DNA of 64,000 nucleotides from Schmidtea polychroa (Eukaryota): NCBI GenBank assembly GCA_044892525.1, contig CM097885.1, positions 235,912,001 to 235,976,000 of the forward strand, read 5' to 3'. Shown piece by piece: positions 56,087 to 64,000 of this stretch (position 1 is its first letter; each line of letters starts with the position of its first letter). The notes under the pieces were generated by a model. It saw only the letters and a program-made list of their open reading frames with translations, ran no database searches and was not told where the DNA came from. The position numbers and the translations under genes were made by a program.

Positions 56087-57097
56087 ATGAGTTCTTATAT
56101 TCCTTGTAATAGAGGTGGTGGAACAATAAAAACAGGGTTTAATACAGAAGAAATATTAACTTTAACAGAAAATAAATATATTAATGAAAGAGGTGATTCA
56201 ATGAAAGGAGATTTAAATTTAAATGGACACAAGATAAAAGATTTATCTTTACCAACTGATGAAGCTGATGCAGTTAATAAAAAATATGTAGATGGTGTTA
56301 AAAATTATACTGATTTAACAACAACAAGAATTGAAAGTTCATTAACAACAAAAATTGATTCAATGGAATCAAAGCTTAATAATATCGAACAACGATTTAA
56401 TGATAAATTTGACAAGTTACAAAGTCTGTTAACTGAACAAGTTGTAAAGTTAAATACTGCTATATTAAATTCTAAAGATAAACAAATTATGAATACTAAA
56501 TTTAATACAATATATAAAATAATAAATGAGATGATTACATCATTTAATAAAAGAATTTCAAATTTAGAGTCTCATGGAACACACATTAACACCACACATA
56601 GTATTAGAAAAAGAGCTGCTGAATTAGAACAGAATAAAACATTATTACCCCATACATATAAACATTTTATAGAACCAAGTTTAATAACACCAAACAGTAA
56701 AGAATGGGGTGTTTTTATGGTTGTAAAAATTATTGATCCTTATTTCTTTTTGTTTGATGATGATAATGAAAGAATGAAATGGTTTGTGAAATGTGATTAT
56801 AATAGTAAGCTTGAAAAGGGTGATGTTATAATGACTAGTTATGATTTACCACACGGAGATTGGTATGTTAATACTCATTCACATGGACTACATAAAGTTA
56901 AAAGTAAGAATATTCATTTTTCTAGTTCACTTGTACAATATATAGATTTAATATTTTATGAAAAAAAGGTTGATGTTGATGAAGTTCGTAAAGCATTGAG
57001 AGAATTGTATAAAGATATCCTCTCAACAAGAGTTTCTTTTGATATCCGAGTATTGGTGCCAGATGGTGCTCAGAAGAATAAAGTCTTATTTTTTTAA
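56087..57097 (+). CDS. Putative fibre/spike protein
   Basis: MKGDLNLNGHKIKDLSLPTDEADAVNKKYVD trimeric-stalk/tail-fibre-type motif, long coiled coil, globular C-terminus. Confidence 0.6.
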   Translation: MSSYIPCNRGGGTIKTGFNTEEILTLTENKYINERGDSMKGDLNLNGHKIKDLSLPTDEADAVNKKYVDGVKNYTDLTTTRIESSLTTKIDSMESKLNNIEQRFNDKFDKLQSLLTEQVVKLNTAILNSKDKQIMNTKFNTIYKIINEMITSFNKRISNLESHGTHINTTHSIRKRAAELEQNKTLLPHTYKHFIEPSLITPNSKEWGVFMVVKIIDPYFFLFDDDNERMKWFVKCDYNSKLEKGDVIMTSYDLPHGDWYVNTHSHGLHKVKSKNIHFSSSLVQYIDLIFYEKKVDVDEVRKALRELYKDILSTRVSFDIRVLVPDGAQKNKVLFF

Positions 57098-57105
57098 TTA
57101 TTAAA

Positions 57106-57699
57106 ATGGAAGAAGTAAGAGAAGAAAAAATTTACCCAGAATTGAGATCATCAGGATATTATTCCGAAGGTCACAAAGGTTCCAAGGCCTCGGCTCCCAC
57201 AGAACTTGAAATTATGAGAGTAAAAGAATTTAAATCAGAAACCTTACATTTACAAGATTTATTAAAGCATTATAAAAAAATTAAAAATAGATGGAATAAA
57301 GGGAATACATTTTTAAAAGTTATAGGTTATTCTTTAGGATTTGCATCTGCAATATTAACAGTTATTTTACCCATAACTTTACCTGTAATACTTGGAAGTA
57401 TTTCTGTGGCTGATGGTTTCTTAACTGAAATAGTTTCATTATCTTATACTTCTAAAAAGAAAAGTTTATATAGAGAAGTTTGTTTATCAATAGAATTAGG
57501 AATCTCTAAATTATTTTTATTTCAATTAAAAGCTTTGGAAGATGGAATCCTGACAGACGAAGAAATAATGAAATCAAATCAAATAATACAAGATATAAAG
57601 AATGAGGTTATAAGATTAAAAAGGGAGGGCATGGTGGTTTATGTTATAAGTAATAAAAAAACATCTCGAGAAAAATGGTTAAAGAATTCTTACTTATAA
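57106..57699 (+). CDS. Membrane-active protein resembling adintovirus 'GasderminX'
   Basis: IYPEL...SAP, YKKIKNRW, hydrophobic hairpin, KALEDGILTDEE. Confidence 0.6.
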   Translation: MEEVREEKIYPELRSSGYYSEGHKGSKASAPTELEIMRVKEFKSETLHLQDLLKHYKKIKNRWNKGNTFLKVIGYSLGFASAILTVILPITLPVILGSISVADGFLTEIVSLSYTSKKKSLYREVCLSIELGISKLFLFQLKALEDGILTDEEIMKSNQIIQDIKNEVIRLKREGMVVYVISNKKTSREKWLKNSYL

Positions 57700-57777
57700 A
57701 ATGGGTGTATTTTTAAAAAAGTAGATCAGGTTGCTATAGTTGCTTAAATTAATTGTCGACATTTTATTATTAAAAAA

Positions 57778-58332
57778 TTAAATATCGTTGAAAGCCAACC
57801 TATGAATCATTAATTTATGATCTTTAAATTCTTTATCACTTAGACCTTTTATATATTCAGGATCAGTATTAAAATATTTAAGTTCTAAACATATAGGATT
57901 AAAAACTTGAGAATATAAAGGTTTCTCGATTTCTCTCTCGGGATAAATAATTTCAACATTATAAATATCAAGATCAGTAATCTTTGTATCATATAACTTA
58001 TTCAACTTTTCTAGATTTTTTATTATAGGGATTAAATTATTTCCAATAGGTAGAGTTGTCTTTAAATCACTTAGTATGAATCTCTTATCATCATAATTTG
58101 ATAATGATACTTTTTGAGATTCTATCAAGTGAATATCATGGTTTTCACTTTTAAGTTGATGTATTTCATCAATTTTATCTTTATGATTTGGGTTTAATGT
58201 ATCTATATAATCTTGATGAGAAAGATTCTTTGCAACCACTCTCTGTATTCCTTTACATCTGTTATCCTTTAAATTAGTAATATTTTTTATAATTTCAAAA
58301 ATGTTATTTTCTTGATTTTTAGTTTCCATCAT
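57778..58332 (-). CDS. Stand-alone paralog of the pPolB C-terminal (thumb plus tail) region
   Basis: KGIQ, LKSE.H.I, NYDDKRFILSDLKTTLPIGN and ELKYFNTDPEYI are shared with the adjacent pPolB; own TAAAATG start. Confidence 0.8.
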   Translation of the reverse strand: MMETKNQENNIFEIIKNITNLKDNRCKGIQRVVAKNLSHQDYIDTLNPNHKDKIDEIHQLKSENHDIHLIESQKVSLSNYDDKRFILSDLKTTLPIGNNLIPIIKNLEKLNKLYDTKITDLDIYNVEIIYPEREIEKPLYSQVFNPICLELKYFNTDPEYIKGLSDKEFKDHKLMIHRLAFNDI

Positions 58333-58356
58333 TTTATAGTGTTAAAATTCTAATTC

Positions 58357-60125
58357 TTAGACCAGTCGTAATTGATTTATAATTATTTCTGCAGTAATGC
58401 TTTTTAACATTAATTTATGTGATTTAAAGTCTTCTGGTGTTAGTCCTTGGATATATTCAGGATCAGTATTAAAATATTTAAGTTCTATAGGTTTTATATT
58501 TTGAACTTGATTATATAAAGGTTTAGGAATTAATATTTCAGGATATTGGATTTCTACTTTAGCAAGTTGAAGGTCTGTAATCTCTAGGTTATAAATTTCA
58601 TTTATTTTATCAAGATGTTTTATTATAGGGATTAAATCATTTCCAATAGGTAATGTTGTCTTCAAGTCAGAAAGTATAAATCTTTTATCATCATAATTTG
58701 TTATAGCAATCTTGTTACACTCTTCAAGATATATATTATGTTTCTCTGATTTAAGATGATGGGTTTTAGCAATTTTATTTTTATAATTTATATTTAATGA
58801 ATCTTTATACTCTTGATGTGTGAAGGTTTTTGACACTGATTTTTGAATTCCTTTACTTTTATTTTCTTTATAGCTTTTCGGGTTTTCAGGGAATGAAGGA
58901 TATTCAAATGTTCGATCTACTTCAACAGATCCTTCTATTATAAATTTTATTGTATGCTCTTTCATAATTGGTTTGTCTTTCATTTCAAGAGAATATTGTT
59001 TAGGTCTAATAAACACTCCTCCAGTTATTGGAGTATTTGGTTTTTCATCTTTAAAAGTAAACAACTCTCCAGAATTGTTTATTAATTTATTTAAGGTTGG
59101 ATCTTCACGTATTTCTTTTTTTAAATCTTTGCTATATCCTTTTAAAAACATACTATCAGTGTCCATTGCATGCATGGATATTCGATCTCCAAAATGTGGT
59201 ACTAGAACATCATAGTAGGCTTCATACATTTGAAGCTTTGAAAGTTCTAAAATTGAAAACCCTATAAAGATTGGTTTATTATAAGTTTTTACAGAGTTTT
59301 TAATCTCTATGGCTATAAGGTTACTAGAGAATATCTCGGCATTTTTAAATGTGGGCTTTCCAATTATCCGGTTGTACCTATTAAGGTCTTTGGATGTATT
59401 GGTCAAAAGCTCTACACGTGTGTACTTGTCTATATTCTCCATGGTCTTTCCAAAGACCGCATTGTTCAGGAGTTTGTAAATCATATCAAGAAATGCATTT
59501 CCAGCTCTCTTTGCTGCATTTCTTTTCAAAATATTTCCCTCTATGAATTTTTTCATAAAAGGGGCTTGTCGAAATTTAATAATGGAATGTACTTTTTTTA
59601 AAACCATTCCATGGGAGAGATAAAACTGAAGGAGTCTATAATGACAAAAGTAATCAGTTTTATCGGTCTGATCGCATAAAAGTTTTATACAGGGCGATCT
59701 ATCCTGAGCCATCTGCCAGCCTGAAAGTTCTTCAGTCGAGATCTTTCTTCTTACTGGAGCAAATGGAAAGAATCTTGTCCTGGATTTTATTTCATTGGGA
59801 TATTCAAGATCGCATTCTATGACATATCCATATTGTGAATTCTTTGGTGTTTTTAGAATTTCTTGTATTAATTCCTCAGTGGGCTCTTCCCAGGTGAACT
59901 TGCCAATTGGAAGGTATTGAGTCATTACTCCTGCATATAAAGCTGTTGCATCTATATACATTATTTCAGAAGGATTAGAAAGACCTTCCAGTATTTCCTC
60001 ACGATCTTCTGGGTTTGTTATTTCTACATATAGAGCATCAGTATCTTTGAAAAATTTAGGATAAAGAGTTGTAAAATTATTAGCATTTATTTCTCTATTC
60101 CCTTGTACTGAAGAAATACCTCCTC
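58357..60125 (-). pseudogene. 3' part of the element 2 pPolB, truncated by insertion at the RGG motif
   Basis: The frame stays open upstream of the ORF-track start to 60125 ((R)GGISSVQGNREINANN...); YIDATALY, KLLNNAVFGK, MDTDS, RPKQY. Confidence 0.92.
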
Positions 60126-61282
60126 AGTAGGTAGTTAGTGGCTTACGGCAGCAATAGGGGGGGGGGGTAAAAAATGTTGCAAACTTTTGATTGCATAACT
60201 TTTTCCGTAGACATTTTTTGATTACATAATTGTTGCCGTAATGCCCAATGTTTTCTGGGATTTTAAATACAAATTTTTTTTTTTTTTTTTTCAATAAACA
60301 AGCCAAGGATAAATATTATTTGGGTGGGTCTCCTTGGTCCTGAGAATTTCAATAGAAAAAGGTAGTCTTCAATAAAAAAGCATGGATTTTTCACACTATA
60401 GTGAGGGGATCTTCTTGGTCATGAGAATTTCAATAGAAAAGGTGGTTTACATTAAAAAAACGCATAGTAAATTTTTAAAATAAAGCAAATTATGGGTCTA
60501 AAATTTAAAAATAAAGTAAATGATGGGTCTAAAAATTTAAGTAAATCAAGGTTCAGATTTATTTTTGAAATAAAGTAAATTATGGTCTAAATAAGTAAAT
60601 TATGGGCTAAGATTTTTCAATTAAAGTAAATAATGGTTCTAAAAAATTAAATTACAGTAAATTATGGTCCAAATTTTTAAATTAAAGTAAATTATGGTTC
60701 TTAAAAATTAAATTAAAGTAAATTATGGTCAAAATTTTTGAATTACAGTCCAAAAATTTAAATTAAAGTAAATTATGATCCAAATTTTTAAATTAAAGTA
60801 AATAATGGTTCTAAAAAATTAAATTAAAGTAAATAATGGTCCAAATATTTTAAATTACAGTAAATAATGGTTCTAAAAATTAAATTACAGTAAATAATGG
60901 TCAAAAATTTTAAAATTAAAGTAAATTATGGTTCTAAAAATTAAATTACAGTAAATAATGGTCAAAAATTTTAAAATTAAAGTAAATTATGGTTCTAAAA
61001 ATTAAATTAAAGTTAATTAAGGTCAAAAATTTTAAAATTAAAGTAATAATTTTTAAATAAGTAAATTAAAGTAATGTAATAAGTAAATTAAAGTAAGATT
61101 TTTAAATTTATTAACAAAAATAGAAGGTGTTTGAGAATTGAAATTTTTTAATGGAAATTTTAATGAATTATTTTTTAAGTAATTTTTAATAGAAATTTTT
61201 ATGAATAATTTTCAATGGTAATTTTAAATGGAAATTTTAATAGAATAATTTTTAAGATAATTTTTAATGAAAATTTTTATGA

Positions 61283-61332
<50 letters not shown>

Positions 61333-64000
61333 TAATATTAATAATATATCAACCAAATACTATACAACACATAAAAAATTAACTAAACACATAAAAATAA
61401 CTAGACACATAACAAAACATATAAACATTAACTAAACACATAAAAATGAACTAGACACATAACAAACATAAAAATTTACCAAATAACAAATGTAAAGATA
61501 TAAAATTTATTCAATAAAATTAGTCCTCATCGGACAAAATAACGTCATCGATATCGATGTCATCTTCTCCAAAATCTTCATTTAATTCTTCCTCATCTTC
61601 TCCATCATTTTCTCCAACATTTTCTGAAACATTTTCTGCAACAATTTCTCCAACATTTTCTCCAATATTTAATTCACTTAATCTTACATGCCCATATGCA
61701 AGACTAGTATTTTTCCCCACCCAAACCCTTTTGTCATCTTTGTTAGTTAGTGCTATTTTTGTGTTTTTAATTGTAAAAATTTGATGATTTTTGCTTGTTA
61801 TTTTAGTCTGAGGAACCGAAAAAATCTGGTTAGTGTTATAACAATCCAGGTATGACTGATGTTTTATGTCACTACCTTTCAATGTTACACCTTTAGCCTT
61901 TTTTGTTTCCTCATCACTCAACAAGCTATAACATTTAGGTCTAAGAAAAACCCACTCCTTATATTTAAGACCTTTATTCTCGTCTTTGAACTTTCCAATG
62001 ACTGAATCAAGGTTCTTACTATATAAGGAATGACAACTATTGTAATTGGAAGTATCCAATAAATTATCTCGAACCATTGCAGGTAAAAGAACCTCAAGTT
62101 TGCAGTTAATGACTTCGAGGAAAAAAGAATCTGTATCACCTGCAACGATATTAATTTTACAATTAAACTCATTGCGAAATGATTCCAGATCCTTATATTG
62201 CAATTCATACATTCTAAGTTTAGATAGATCAAGTACAGATTGACCAATGTAACTCGGTCTATCTAAACATATAGAATCGGAATTCAATAGTGCTGCAATT
62301 AAATTATCTGCTATTTTAATAGATTTTTTAAAAGTCGGTTTTGACGAATATTTAACTAATTTACCGGCAGTTGTACAAAGACGAAGATTCATTCTTCTCT
62401 TTAAATTTTCAACTGTTTTGCCGTATAAACTATTATTTAGCAATTTATAATAATTTTTATCTAAGCTATTTACGCTTTTTGATCTTAATTCGGTATTTGT
62501 ATCTATATATTTTTTAAAAATTGGTGATTGCTTAAATCTTACACCCCTATTTACACGTGTTACTTTAACACCAAGTTCCAAATATAATTTTAATAATCTC
62601 CAATGAATAACATAATTAGATTTTGGAAGATGAGTTAATAATAATTTTTCAACCTTAGACCCAGCAGGTTTCATTTTTTCAGCAGCTACAGGGAAATCAT
62701 CCAACTTATCATGAAGCTCAGAAGGAATTACAAGATCAACTTCAAGTGTGTATCCATAAGACAAAGATTCAAGATTTAAATTCCTACATTCATCCATTAT
62801 TTTATCAAATCCATCAAGAACCCAACAAAATTCGCCACAAGGTAATGATTGACTTAAAGCCCAGCCATAAAGATTATTAATATCTATATATAGTAACTCA
62901 GTGTTCTCGTCGGTTTTTACGTAATGCTTATTCACAAAAGTAAGACCGCCTCTTATTCCACCCTCATAAAAGCTAAACATTTCGTTTTCAGTTATGAGTT
63001 CAATTGGTTCATTTAAAGACATTAATGCAGAAGACCAAGACATGCCTGGAATTCCGAAATAATTCAATGGTTCCAATCTATTGTGAGCAATGGATTTCAA
63101 CCGAAACTGATGAAAGAAATCAGCCAAAAGAAAACAATCAAGTTTTAGGTAGATCATCATATAATCTAATAAAGTTACGCAATTAGTTTCTACCCAAATC
63201 TCCTGAGCTTTTTCATACTCAAGCTCAGTGACACCCTCCCAGATTGGTGGTAATTCATAAGTAGTTTGGAGAATATCTAAAGAAGTGGCGAAATTATAAG
63301 GGAAGATTCCTTTTTCACTTACTATGGTGCCAGAAAAAGCAGAATTAGTAAAAGGCAAAGAATTCAAAGTTTTGACTGCTTTAGCCAAAGAATCATTGAC
63401 AAATTGATACGAATCAATGAATCTTAGGCTAATTTTACCTAAATGAGCAATCAAAGATATAAATTTTTCCGTAGTTATTGGGATACACCCTAAATTCCAA
63501 TTTTTAAATTTATTTAATCCATATTTAAGTATATGGTGCATATCGTATCCCTTCAAGTTGTGAAATACGATAGGCAAAATTTTATTTATTTTTCTATTTA
63601 CGTTACATGTGCTACAAGCTGCACCCAAGTATTTCCCCATAAAATGATCGTGATCTCTAACAGGATCCACGATAGATTTCAAACAAAGATAACAAACCGT
63701 TGAATTAATGAATTGTTGTTGCTCAATTTTCGTTAATTTAATCATTGGTTTCCTACCCATTTTATAATAAAAAGGAAGAACCTTATTTAATGCTATATCC
63801 TCTATAGCACTTAAAAAACTCTCGACGCAATCTAAACCTATGAACTGCTGATAAGATTTAGATCCGTCAAAGTTATTTACTAGTAAAAGACCAGCAGATA
63901 TTGGCATGTGTCGCTGAAAATGATCATTATCAGAAGGTAAAATAGCCTCAAAATCGGCATAAACTACAAAAGGAAGAGTTACTGTTTTCGACCAGTCAGT
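60126..64000. mobile_element. Polinton element 3 (same family as element 1), left part
   Basis: Terminus AGTAGGTAGTTAGTGGCTTAC, TIR arrays like those of element 1, and a near-identical pPolB. Predicted TSD CTCCTC (60120-60125). Confidence 0.95.
61520..64000 (-). CDS. pPolB of element 3 (5' end outside window)
   Basis: Near-identical to the C-terminal ~820 aa of 17428-21492; the frame is open to the window edge. Confidence 0.95.
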   Translation of the reverse strand, partial: TDWSKTVTLPFVVYADFEAILPSDNDHFQRHMPISAGLLLVNNFDGSKSYQQFIGLDCVESFLSAIEDIALNKVLPFYYKMGRKPMIKLTKIEQQQFINSTVCYLCLKSIVDPVRDHDHFMGKYLGAACSTCNVNRKINKILPIVFHNLKGYDMHHILKYGLNKFKNWNLGCIPITTEKFISLIAHLGKISLRFIDSYQFVNDSLAKAVKTLNSLPFTNSAFSGTIVSEKGIFPYNFATSLDILQTTYELPPIWEGVTELEYEKAQEIWVETNCVTLLDYMMIYLKLDCFLLADFFHQFRLKSIAHNRLEPLNYFGIPGMSWSSALMSLNEPIELITENEMFSFYEGGIRGGLTFVNKHYVKTDENTELLYIDINNLYGWALSQSLPCGEFCWVLDGFDKIMDECRNLNLESLSYGYTLEVDLVIPSELHDKLDDFPVAAEKMKPAGSKVEKLLLTHLPKSNYVIHWRLLKLYLELGVKVTRVNRGVRFKQSPIFKKYIDTNTELRSKSVNSLDKNYYKLLNNSLYGKTVENLKRRMNLRLCTTAGKLVKYSSKPTFKKSIKIADNLIAALLNSDSICLDRPSYIGQSVLDLSKLRMYELQYKDLESFRNEFNCKINIVAGDTDSFFLEVINCKLEVLLPAMVRDNLLDTSNYNSCHSLYSKNLDSVIGKFKDENKGLKYKEWVFLRPKCYSLLSDEETKKAKGVTLKGSDIKHQSYLDCYNTNQIFSVPQTKITSKNHQIFTIKNTKIALTNKDDKRVWVGKNTSLAYGHVRLSELNIGENVGEIVAENVSENVGENDGEDEEELNEDFGEDDIDIDDVILSDED

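Larger units (their letters stand above)
47982..60125. mobile_element. Polinton element 2 (different family), left part; interrupted by element 3
   Basis: AGTAGT terminus; MCP, PLA2-integrase, ATPase, adenain, penton and pPolB genes. The right end is not in the window. Confidence 0.93.

Overview
Very AT-rich animal genomic DNA with 40-50 nt GT-AG introns and (AAT)n/(TA)n tracts; this is consistent with a planarian-like invertebrate but cannot be proven from the sequence. The window is dominated by three Polinton/Maverick (adintovirus-like) endogenous viruses. (1) A complete, apparently intact 16.8 kb element at 15864-32682, with a GTAACA TSD and ~1.6 kb TIRs. It encodes pPolB, a spliced SSB-like gene, a spliced protease, MCP, two tandem minor capsid genes, a spliced chromo-integrase, a packaging ATPase and a TATA-binding-protein-like gene. 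(2) A distinct, decaying Polinton starting at 47982, whose left arm carries four tRNA-derived Pol III-type units (VA-RNA-like), plus a PLA2-integrase fusion, fibre-like and GasderminX-like genes and a stand-alone duplicate of the pPolB C-terminus. (3) A relative of element 1 inserted into the pPolB gene of element 2 at 60126 and running off the window. Also present: a 7-exon host quinone oxidoreductase/zeta-crystallin gene (34837-47073), the 3' exons of an unknown coiled-coil host gene, a hAT and a piggyBac transposon with TSDs, Helitron/Gypsy/pogo remnants and satellites. The most novel-looking signals are the Polinton tRNA-like Pol III cluster and the Polinton-encoded TBP-like gene.
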